64,000 bases of DNA from Patescibacteria group bacterium (lineage in GTDB: Bacteria; Patescibacteriota; Microgenomatia; Levybacterales; UBA12049): assembly GCA_026004395.1 (NCBI GenBank), contig BPJB01000001.1, positions 584,910 to 648,909 of the forward strand, given 5' to 3'. The position numbers were made by a program, and so were the translations under genes. The notes beneath the pieces were generated by a model. The model did not search any database. It had not been told where the DNA came from and was given only the letters and a program-made list of their open reading frames with translations. This document shows positions 55,548 to 64,000 of this stretch, in pieces; the stretch's first letter is position 1; the number at the start of each line of letters is the position of its first letter.

Positions 55548-57503
55548 ATGAATATTAAAATACTTGACAGTTGGTTAAGAGAATATCTAAAAACAGACGC
55601 CAAACCAAAAGAAATTGCAACATCTTTATCTCTTACCAGTGTTTCTGTAGAACGCATGGAAATGCTTGGTGAAGATGTTATCTATGAGATTGAAGTCACA
55701 ACTAATCGTTCTGACCTTATGTCTGTGGTGGGTTTAGCACGCGAGGCAAGCGCAGTACTGCCACAGTTTGGATACAAGGCTAGTTTTAATCCACCTACAA
55801 TTTCCCAACTTAAATATCAACCATCAGAAAATCTTCCACTTACCATCATCAATGATGAAAAACTTGTCTATCGAATTTGCGCAGTTGTGATGGAGGTTGA
55901 TGTCATGAAGTCCCCAGAGTTCATAAGAGAGAGACTGGAGTCAACAGATATAAGAAGTCTAAATAATCTAATTGATATTACAAACTATGTAATGCGTCTT
56001 ATAGGTCATCCTACCCATGTATTTGACTACGATCGGATTATAGGACATACAATAAAAATCCGCGAGTCACAAAAAGGAGAAGAGATCGTCACACTTGATG
56101 GTAAGCGATACACTCTTCCAGGAGGAGATATTATTGCTGAAGATGCTGAAGGAAATATTATTGACCTTCTAGGAATCATGGGTCTTGAAAATAGTGTTGT
56201 GACCGACAAAACAAAAAGAATAATTTTTTTCATTAATAACAACGATCCTTATAGGATACGTAAAACATCGATGGCATTACAGATCAGAACAGAAGCGGCT
56301 CAAATTAATGAAAAATATATTGATCCTGAAATTGCAGATGACGCATTAGCTCTAGGTATTGATCTCTATAAAAATTATGCTAATGGTAAACTTTGTTCAG
56401 AGATTATTGATATCTATCCCTCTCCTTATAAAAGCAAGATTGTAACTTTATCCGAGGAACATCTTCAAAAATTAATGGCTATACCTTTATCAATTGTTGA
56501 AGCTGCAGAAATTCTTAAGCGTCTTGGCTTTATCATACAGATTAAAGAACACTTTCTGGAAGCAGAAATTCCATCTTTTAGAGCCAATGATATTAAAATT
56601 CCAGAGGATTTAATTGAAGAAATAGCACGGGTCTATGGATACCATAATCTCCCCAGTAGGCTACCCCATATTACATATTTGGAGACATTTAATTTAGAAA
56701 AAAGCCCGTATTTTTGGGAAGATCGTGTTAAACAAGCAATGAAATTTTGGGGATATACTGAAGTTTATACTTATCCTATGGTTTCAGAAGAAATGTATGA
56801 AGGACCTATTGAAAACGCAGTTACAATTGCAAATCCATTAGGTGAGGATTTCTTATATATGCGTCGAACACTCGTCCCTAGCCTTCTAAAAGTTATAAAG
56901 GAAAATAGACAATACGATACTCTCCAATTATTTGAAATTGCAAATATCTACGAAAGACAGGAAAGAGATCTTCCCAAAGAAATAAGAATGTTTGCTGGTG
57001 TTGTAAAAAAGAAAGATGTTTCATTTTTTGAGATTAAAGGTCTAATAGAGCAGTTAGCGACTGATTTAGGAATCACTAATCTTAAATTTGAAGCACTTTC
57101 TAAAGTTGGTCTTGAGACACTCATCAAAATAGGAGAGAAGGAGTTAGGAACAATAGAAGTACTTGATGAAGACCTTATAAATTTTGAGTTAAATTTTGAA
57201 ATATTAGTTAGCCATGCTACATTGAAAAAAAGATATAAAAAAATTCCTAAGTATCCACCAATTATAGAAGATCTTGCATTTATTATTGATGAATCAATCC
57301 CAACTGGAGAGATCATTGAAACAATTAAAAGAGTAGACCCACTTATAAAAGATGTTACCCTTTTTGATCGTTTCGGACAAACGCGAACTTTCCATATACT
57401 TTATCAGCACGAAGAAAGAAACTTAACAAGTGATGAGGTAAGTCAGATTCGCAACGCTATTATTGCTACATTAGACAAAGAATATAAAGCCCAACTCAAA
57501 TAA
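55548..57503 (+). CDS. pheT: Phenylalanyl-tRNA synthetase beta subunit (short form).
   Basis: The N-terminus MNIKILDSWLREYL is PheT-like, and the B3/4 and B5 regions are present. The 651-aa length is shorter than the typical ~800 aa. Confidence 0.85.
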   Translation: MNIKILDSWLREYLKTDAKPKEIATSLSLTSVSVERMEMLGEDVIYEIEVTTNRSDLMSVVGLAREASAVLPQFGYKASFNPPTISQLKYQPSENLPLTIINDEKLVYRICAVVMEVDVMKSPEFIRERLESTDIRSLNNLIDITNYVMRLIGHPTHVFDYDRIIGHTIKIRESQKGEEIVTLDGKRYTLPGGDIIAEDAEGNIIDLLGIMGLENSVVTDKTKRIIFFINNNDPYRIRKTSMALQIRTEAAQINEKYIDPEIADDALALGIDLYKNYANGKLCSEIIDIYPSPYKSKIVTLSEEHLQKLMAIPLSIVEAAEILKRLGFIIQIKEHFLEAEIPSFRANDIKIPEDLIEEIARVYGYHNLPSRLPHITYLETFNLEKSPYFWEDRVKQAMKFWGYTEVYTYPMVSEEMYEGPIENAVTIANPLGEDFLYMRRTLVPSLLKVIKENRQYDTLQLFEIANIYERQERDLPKEIRMFAGVVKKKDVSFFEIKGLIEQLATDLGITNLKFEALSKVGLETLIKIGEKELGTIEVLDEDLINFELNFEILVSHATLKKRYKKIPKYPPIIEDLAFIIDESIPTGEIIETIKRVDPLIKDVTLFDRFGQTRTFHILYQHEERNLTSDEVSQIRNAIIATLDKEYKAQLK

Positions 57504-57507
57504 CAAC

Positions 57508-59811
57508 TCAGGGAGTAGGAGTAAGAGTGACCGAAATTTCTTGTTCTTCTTGTTTTTTGAGTTCATCAGGAGGATTATAACGTTCTTCCCCTTTATGGTA
57601 TTGCTCAATCCATGCATCAATTCCTTCCTGCCAACGATTTCTACCATCCTGAGAAATAGGATCATTTTCAACAAACACCCAATAATCTTTACCATCTTTA
57701 TTTTTATAGATTGAAGATACTGTTGTAGGCTCAGTTCCTTTAATAAAGTACTCGGTGCGTGTTGGCTGCCCCTCACGAGGAAGACCCCCACCTAAAGGAT
57801 CAATCTGCATTGCGATCACATTTTCCGGTTTTTCAAATTCTTCACTAGGTTTTCCTTTTAATGCCATCACCATTAATTTATGCCATATTGGTGAAGCACC
57901 AGTCACTCCTGATGCGATTGCTTGATTCATTGGCGAATAGTCATTGTTACCCACCCATACACCCACAACTATGGATGGTGTATATCCAATTGTCCAGTTA
58001 TCACGTTTTTCATCTGTTGTTCCTGTCTTGACAGCTACTGTCCTCCCCGGAATTCTAAGGTAAGAATTCGAACCAAAAGCATCAGAACGAGCTACATTAT
58101 CAAGGAGAATATGAGAAATAAGAAAGGCTATTTCCTCAGGGATAACTTGTTTACCTTCTTTCTTTTTATACTCATACAATTTTCTCCCTTTGGCATCTGT
58201 TACTTTAAGAATTGAGACAAGATCCTGTCGTCTCCCTTTGTTAGCAAAAACTCCATACGCTGTTACCTCATCGAAAAGAGTAGTTTCTCTTCCTCCTAAG
58301 ACAAGAGAAAGTCCAACATTTCTCATATTTTCTGGAGTTGGTTCCCAATTTTTTATTCCCATTTCGTAAGCAAGTTGCATGCTATCTTCTATACCTACCA
58401 ATGCAAGGGTTTTTACTGCTGGAATATTCAACGAGTTGCCTAAAGCAAATCTAATCTGGACTGGACCTCTAAATTTACCGTCATAATTAACCGGCGTATA
58501 ACTTTTATCAGCTGGATTACCACTGTAGAATTCTGTTTTTACATCCATAAGCATAGTCGCAGGAGTGTAGCCTTTCTCAAATGCTTTGGCATAAATTATC
58601 GGCTTAAGCGAAGATCCTGGTTGGCGTGGACGAAGTGCCATATTAATTTTGCCATTATCTTCATTAAACCAATCATGACTACCAATCATTGTCAAAATCT
58701 CTCCTGTTTGAGGATTAGTGATCATTGCGGCTCCATTTGTTACTTTATATTTTTTGAGACTCTCGATCTCCTTTTTGACAATCTCTTCTGCTTGCTTTTG
58801 CATCTTATAATCAAGTGTTGTGGTCACCTGTAGCCCTCCACGCTCGACAAGCTCTTCTCCAAACTGATCAGCAAGAAGATCTTTTATATATAGTACGAAA
58901 TGTGGTGCCTTGATCGTTGTTCCTCTTTGAGAAAATTTATATGTTTTTATCTTGCTCAATGCTTTCTCACTTTGTTCCTTAGTGATATATTTATCAGCAA
59001 CCATTCTTTTAAGAACTGCTTCTGTTCTACCAATGTAATAATCATTTCCACTAAAAGGAGAATACAATGAAGGGCTCTGTGGAAGACCTGCCAGAAATGC
59101 AGACTCTGCAAGATCTAATTTTTTAACCTCTTTGCCAAAATAAGTTTGAGCTGCTGCTTCAACTCCAATGGCAGTACTACCATAAGAAATATTATTTAAA
59201 TACATCTCTAAAATCTCATCCTTGCTAAATCGCTGGTTAATCTGCACTGACAAAATAAGTTCCTTTATTTTACGAGGAAGAGATCGTTCAGAGCTCAATA
59301 AAACATTTTTTACTAATTGCTGTGAAATTGTCGAACCTCCAGCAAGCCCTTTTCCTCTTAAAAAATTCCATGCTACTCGCACATATGCAAGAGGAGAAAA
59401 TCCTTTATTTTTGTAAAAATCTTTATCCTCTATTGCTATTGTTCCTTGGCGAAGAAAGAGTGGAATATCTTCAAGTTTTACATATGTCCTATTTTCTTCT
59501 GCATATACAGAATAAAGTAGCTCACCGTTACGATCAAAAATACGAGTTGACTGATGTGTATTGGTGGTAACAAGTTTTCCTGGCGTTGGAAGATCTCTGC
59601 TATACCAGAGAAATAAGGCGGGAATGGAAAGAATTCCCAAAATGAACAGAATAAGAATATATCTTGAGAGTTTATAAAGAAAAAGACGATGAGTAAAAAA
59701 CAAAGGCTTTGATGAACCTGAAAAAGTACCTCGTCGGATCCTCGATCGTCTAGGACGATAGTCAACCATAGCAAACAAAACTAGTATAGCAAAAATAAAA
59801 AATCCTTTCAC
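57508..59811 (-). CDS. Class A penicillin-binding protein (bifunctional transglycosylase/transpeptidase, PBP1A-like).
   Basis: The GT51 motifs EDKDFYKNKGF and GGSTISQQLVKN are present, as are the TPase motifs SSLKP, SxN and KTGTT. There is an N-terminal TM anchor. Confidence 0.85.
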   Translation of the reverse strand: MKGFFIFAILVLFAMVDYRPRRSRIRRGTFSGSSKPLFFTHRLFLYKLSRYILILFILGILSIPALFLWYSRDLPTPGKLVTTNTHQSTRIFDRNGELLYSVYAEENRTYVKLEDIPLFLRQGTIAIEDKDFYKNKGFSPLAYVRVAWNFLRGKGLAGGSTISQQLVKNVLLSSERSLPRKIKELILSVQINQRFSKDEILEMYLNNISYGSTAIGVEAAAQTYFGKEVKKLDLAESAFLAGLPQSPSLYSPFSGNDYYIGRTEAVLKRMVADKYITKEQSEKALSKIKTYKFSQRGTTIKAPHFVLYIKDLLADQFGEELVERGGLQVTTTLDYKMQKQAEEIVKKEIESLKKYKVTNGAAMITNPQTGEILTMIGSHDWFNEDNGKINMALRPRQPGSSLKPIIYAKAFEKGYTPATMLMDVKTEFYSGNPADKSYTPVNYDGKFRGPVQIRFALGNSLNIPAVKTLALVGIEDSMQLAYEMGIKNWEPTPENMRNVGLSLVLGGRETTLFDEVTAYGVFANKGRRQDLVSILKVTDAKGRKLYEYKKKEGKQVIPEEIAFLISHILLDNVARSDAFGSNSYLRIPGRTVAVKTGTTDEKRDNWTIGYTPSIVVGVWVGNNDYSPMNQAIASGVTGASPIWHKLMVMALKGKPSEEFEKPENVIAMQIDPLGGGLPREGQPTRTEYFIKGTEPTTVSSIYKNKDGKDYWVFVENDPISQDGRNRWQEGIDAWIEQYHKGEERYNPPDELKKQEEQEISVTLTPTP

Positions 59812-59850
59812 AAATTATAAGATGAAATAAATTTATGCTATACTCACACT

Positions 59851-61035
59851 ATGGAGATTATTGATGAAATTTTAACAAGAGGTGTTGCCAACATTATTCC
59901 TTCCAAAGAAGAGCTTAAAGAAGTCTTACTGTCTGGTAGAAAATTAAATATATATCTTGGTATTGATCCAACAGCAAACAAAATTCATTTAGGTCATGCT
60001 GTACCACTTCGCAAACTTCAACAGTTTGCTGATTTTGGACATCATGTGACATTCCTTATTGGCGATTTCACATCACTTATTGGTGATACTTCAGATAAGG
60101 AATCTGAACGTCCCATTTTAACTAAAGAAGAAATCGAACAAAATTTTAAAGACTACAAACGTCAGGCTGAAAAAATTGTTGATTTTTCAAAAATAATTAT
60201 TCGCTATAACAGCGAATGGCTTTCTCAACTTACATTAGAAGATATTATCAGATTATCACGACACTTTTCTGTTGGAGATTTTATTAATCGTGAATTGATA
60301 CGCAAAAGGCTGCAAGAAGGTAAAAGGGTGAGATTAGATGAAATGTTATATCCTATTATGCAAGGCTATGATAGCTATTATATGGACACTGATTTACAAC
60401 TTGGAGGCACAGATCAAACATTCAATATGCAAGCAGGAAGAACACTACAAAGAAACTTACGTGGTAAAGAATCTTTTATCATGACGAATGAATTTCTTGA
60501 AGGAACAGATGGACGAAAAATGAGCAAATCATGGGGCAATGCAATCTGGCTCGATGATGAACCAGAAGAGATGTATACAAAAGTGATGGCAATTCCTGAT
60601 AATTTGATTATCAAGTACTTTACATTGGCAACCAATACTCCAATAGAGGAAATAGCAAAAATCGAAGAATCCCTCCAAAAAGGCGCTCATCCAATGAGTA
60701 TCAAGAAAACACTCGCATTTACAATTGTGAGTGAACTGCATACTCCCGAAGAAGCAGCATATGCACAAAAGCAATTTGAAAGAATCGTACAAAAAGGAGA
60801 ACTTCCATCTGAAATAACAGAAGTAAAGATAGCAGTAAAGAAATATATTGACGAGGATTTACTAGTTGATCTGAAACTTGCAAGCTCCAAATCAGAAGCC
60901 AAAAGACTATTCCAACAAGGAGGAGTGGAGTATGATGGAAGAAGAATTCTTGATCCTGCTGAAGCTGTACTTATTCAAGATGGAAAAATATTAAAAGTTG
61001 GAAAACGAAAAATTGTCAAATTAAGGATCAACTAG
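59851..61035 (+). CDS. tyrS: Tyrosyl-tRNA synthetase.
   Basis: YLGIDPTANKIHLGH carries the HIGH-type motif and KMSKSWGNAI the KMSKS motif. A C-terminal S4-like domain is present. Confidence 0.9.
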   Translation: MEIIDEILTRGVANIIPSKEELKEVLLSGRKLNIYLGIDPTANKIHLGHAVPLRKLQQFADFGHHVTFLIGDFTSLIGDTSDKESERPILTKEEIEQNFKDYKRQAEKIVDFSKIIIRYNSEWLSQLTLEDIIRLSRHFSVGDFINRELIRKRLQEGKRVRLDEMLYPIMQGYDSYYMDTDLQLGGTDQTFNMQAGRTLQRNLRGKESFIMTNEFLEGTDGRKMSKSWGNAIWLDDEPEEMYTKVMAIPDNLIIKYFTLATNTPIEEIAKIEESLQKGAHPMSIKKTLAFTIVSELHTPEEAAYAQKQFERIVQKGELPSEITEVKIAVKKYIDEDLLVDLKLASSKSEAKRLFQQGGVEYDGRRILDPAEAVLIQDGKILKVGKRKIVKLRIN

Positions 61036-61163
61036 TATAATTGAATGTTATGGAATTGTTGAGAAATCATCAAAAAGCATTCAAGATTATAATGATTGTT
61101 GGTCTAATTGCTCTAATACTATCATCATTTCTTCCTTTTATAGCGCTTTTATTCTAAGATTGT

Positions 61164-63254
61164 ATGCATCTTCATTCGCCAGTTTCTGAGGGGGGAAGAA
61201 GCCTCAAAAAATACGCTCGCCGTCTAGAGAAATTAGAGATAAAAACTCTAAAGGATCTTCTTTATCATCTTCCATCAAGATATGAGGACTTTAGACTCAT
61301 CTCAACAATTAGACAATTACAAGAAGGAGAAGTAGTAACAGTACAAGGTAAGGTTGTAGAAGCAAAAAATGAGTACACTCGACGCTTCAAATCTCTTCAA
61401 AGAATAACTCTTGCAGATTCCACCGGGACAATTGAGATTATTTGGTTCAATCAACCCTATATTTTAAAAAATATTTCTTTGGGAGATGCGCTTTCTGTTT
61501 CAGGAAGAGTGGAGGTGTTTGCTAGAAGACAAACCATTGTCTCTCCTGAATACGAAATACTCTCAGAAGGAAAACCCACAATTCACACGGGAAGACTAAT
61601 ACCTATTTACCCAGAAACAGCTGGAATCTCATCAAAATGGCTTCGAAGACAAATATTCAATATACTAAATATACTTAAAGACGAAATTCACGATTATCTG
61701 CCATTAAGCATACGAAAGAAATACAATCTTGAAGATCTCCCTACTGCGCTTCAACATGTCCACTTTCCTCTGAATTATGAAGATGCAATTCGTGCCAAAC
61801 GACGATTGGCATTCGATGAAGTCTTTTTTCTCCAGCTTCAAGCTCTTGAAAGAAAGAAAAAATGGGAAGAAAATAAAAAAGGACCTACGATTTTTTACGA
61901 GCCCTATAAAGATAATATCGTCAGACTTATCTCGTCGCTTCCTTTTACTCTTACCTCATCTCAAAAGAATGCGCTGGATGAAATTTTTAGTGACTTACAA
62001 AAAGAAAAACCAATGAATAGATTGCTCCAAGGAGAAGTTGGAAGTGGAAAAACAATCATAGCCACTATTGCAATGTATCTTGTATATCTTAATAACTATC
62101 AATCCGTTCTTATGGCTCCAACTGAGATTCTTGCAGAGCAACATTATAAAACTGTTTCGACTTTTTTAGAGCCTTTGGGTGTTAGTGTTGGTCTCGTAAC
62201 AGGATCTAAAAAATTGAAAGTAAAAAATGTCAAACTTTCTGAAAGTGAAAAAACAAATTCAAAGAATAACATGAATAAAAAATCATTAGACAATCAATAT
62301 AATATTCTCATCGGTACTCATTCTCTTCTTCAAGAATCAATAAATTTTGAGAATCTAGGATTTGTTGTTATTGATGAACAGCAGAGATTTGGAGTGGCTC
62401 AACGTGGAATATTACGCCAAAAAGGCAAACATCCACACACTTTAACAATGACTGCAACACCAATTCCAAGAACTGTTGCTCTGACTATCTACGGCGATCT
62501 TTCTGTATCATTTCTTAATGAAATGCCTAAAGGAAGAAAAATAGTTAAAACCTGGCTTGTGCCTTTAGAAAAACGGCAGGCTGCTTATGAATGGATACGT
62601 CAAGAAATAAAAACTAATTGCTCGCAAGCATTTATAATATGTCCTTTTATCGAAGAATCAGAAAGCATGCAAACAATAAAAGCAGCAACAAAAGAATTTG
62701 AAAGATTGCAAAAAGAAATATTCCCTGACCTTCGACTGGGACTACTACATGGTAAATTGAAAGCAAAAGAAAAAGAAGAGGTACTACAAAATTTTAGAAA
62801 GCAAATTTTTGATATCTTGATTGCTACACCAGTAGTAGAAGTTGGAATAGATATACCCAATGCAACCATCATAGTTATTGAGGGAGCTGAACGTTTTGGA
62901 CTTGCGCAACTTCATCAACTACGAGGAAGAGTAGGAAGAGGCGATAAACAATCCTATTGTCTGCTTTTTACGGAATCCAAATCGCATTCTACATGGAAAA
63001 GGCTCAAAGCATTAGAGACTATGACACAAGGCGCAAAACTAGCAGAGTACGATCTAAAGTTACGCGGACCAGGAGAGATTTATGGCCTCAAACAATCAGG
63101 AATTAAGCTTCTTAAAATTGCATCATTTTCCGATATTGAACTGATATCACAGGCTAGAAAATCTGCAGAACTTATATTCCCTCATATCTCAAAGTTTCCA
63201 GAACTTCATAAAAGCATACTCTCCATTACAAACTCATCTGTAAATCCTGATTAG
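61164..63254 (+). CDS. recG: ATP-dependent DNA helicase RecG.
   Basis: An N-terminal wedge/OB region is present. The helicase motifs are LLQGEVGSGKT, VIDEQQRFG and QLRGRVGRG. Confidence 0.9.
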   Translation: MHLHSPVSEGGRSLKKYARRLEKLEIKTLKDLLYHLPSRYEDFRLISTIRQLQEGEVVTVQGKVVEAKNEYTRRFKSLQRITLADSTGTIEIIWFNQPYILKNISLGDALSVSGRVEVFARRQTIVSPEYEILSEGKPTIHTGRLIPIYPETAGISSKWLRRQIFNILNILKDEIHDYLPLSIRKKYNLEDLPTALQHVHFPLNYEDAIRAKRRLAFDEVFFLQLQALERKKKWEENKKGPTIFYEPYKDNIVRLISSLPFTLTSSQKNALDEIFSDLQKEKPMNRLLQGEVGSGKTIIATIAMYLVYLNNYQSVLMAPTEILAEQHYKTVSTFLEPLGVSVGLVTGSKKLKVKNVKLSESEKTNSKNNMNKKSLDNQYNILIGTHSLLQESINFENLGFVVIDEQQRFGVAQRGILRQKGKHPHTLTMTATPIPRTVALTIYGDLSVSFLNEMPKGRKIVKTWLVPLEKRQAAYEWIRQEIKTNCSQAFIICPFIEESESMQTIKAATKEFERLQKEIFPDLRLGLLHGKLKAKEKEEVLQNFRKQIFDILIATPVVEVGIDIPNATIIVIEGAERFGLAQLHQLRGRVGRGDKQSYCLLFTESKSHSTWKRLKALETMTQGAKLAEYDLKLRGPGEIYGLKQSGIKLLKIASFSDIELISQARKSAELIFPHISKFPELHKSILSITNSSVNPD

Positions 63255-63296
63255 CAAAAATTGACAAATTAGGAAGTTGATCCTAAACTAAATATG

Positions 63297-64000
63297 TGAC
63301 TACACAAGAATATACTCTTGCCCAACACCCAACACCACCTCCGGATGAAAACATACCTCCTCAAAGAAGGTTCCCTAGTTTGGCTCTTATACTCTCATGT
63401 GTGATTGTAGGAATTTTATTATTCCTCAGCGGATTTTTTCTGGGAGGAATAAAAAAGTCTCCACCTCAAATATCGCCTACTTCTACACCCACACCGGTAC
63501 CAACCCTACCGTTGTCTGAAAACACCCCCACACCAACAATTTTTTCTGAAGTGCCATCAAGATCTATTCAATTTTTGCCTGGAAAACAGTACTTTGATGA
63601 CACATATGTTGTAGTGAGCAAACAGAAACCTCACCAAAGTATTATTGTTTCTGTTGCCCGAATTGAACAGCAGCGGGATTATATCCAATATACAAAATTA
63701 AATTATTTTAATGGATCTGAGTGGGTTAGGAGAACAGTCACCAGCACATTACAAAAATCATCAGTGACCACAAATCCACTACTTAGATATTGGAGTGAAC
63801 CATCAATGATCCCAACAAGAAACGAAAAAAATCTCGTTAATCTTTCTTTAGAGAATGATATTTTAAGTTTTGGATCGCAAAACCTTCAAAATGAAATTAG
63901 TGTTCAAAGCCTTCCTGGATCCACAAAATTTATCTATCAAGGAGAGGGTTATATGGTAATTAACAATGACCGTACTGATGCATATGTACTTTATAGCAAA
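63297..64000 (+). CDS. Partial (3'-truncated by the window end) membrane-anchored protein with a Pro/Thr-rich linker, hypothetical.
   Basis: A GTG at 63297 opens a frame that runs to the window end. It contains a TM segment (LALILSCVIVGILLFLSGFFL), then SPPQISPTSTPTPVPTLPLSENTPTPT. It is not in the ORF track because no stop is reached. Confidence 0.35.

Noticed and set aside
1-64000. CRISPR arrays, rRNA genes, transposases/IS elements, and alternative genetic code (UGA=Gly).
   Set aside because: No regularly spaced direct repeats, no rRNA-like conserved stretches and no transposase motifs were seen. Long housekeeping ORFs (aminoacyl-tRNA synthetases, recG, PBP) are intact under the standard code with TGA stops (for example the queD stop), so code 25 is unlikely.

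Overview
This 64-kb window is low-GC (roughly 33-35% by eye), gene-dense, and looks like a reduced Patescibacteria/CPR-like bacterium using the standard code. Recognisable content includes: three tandem secreted Asn/Thr/Gly-rich repeat proteins; GT2 and GT4 glycosyltransferases; a NUDIX hydrolase; and a SAM riboswitch with terminator in front of metK. There is a folE/queD/queE (preQ0/queuosine precursor) locus in visible decay, next to a SpeH-like AdoMet decarboxylase and a BpsA-like aminopropyltransferase. Nine tRNA genes are present, five of them in a loose 10-kb array that carries a JAB/MPN-like protein, a 665-aa beta-propeller protein, and a compact GC-rich mercury-resistance island (arsR-DUF488-merA-omdA-like-merT-merP plus a divergent arsR/FMN-reductase pair). 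The thrS-infC-rpmI-rplT ... pheS-pheT cluster is conserved but has a DAHP synthase / TyrA-PheA fusion / chorismate mutase / aminotransferase operon inserted into it. PBP1A, tyrS, recG and trigger factor are also present. The most unusual items are two. First, a tightly packed 5-gene plus-strand cassette (9337..15439) of hypothetical proteins built around an 833-aa internally duplicated protein and a coupled SF2 DEAH helicase; this is the best candidate for an undescribed system (possibly defence-like). Second, a roughly 45-nt near-identical leader element present in three copies. It is a hairpin that sequesters the Shine-Dalgarno sequence, ends in a U-run, and has an upstream anti-terminator-like complement; two of the copies have their own consensus promoters. 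The copies sit in front of an ATP-grasp-like/M20 operon, a ParB-fold-like gene, and the aromatic amino-acid operon. Everything here is inferred from reading the sequence and from motif recall; no database searches were run.
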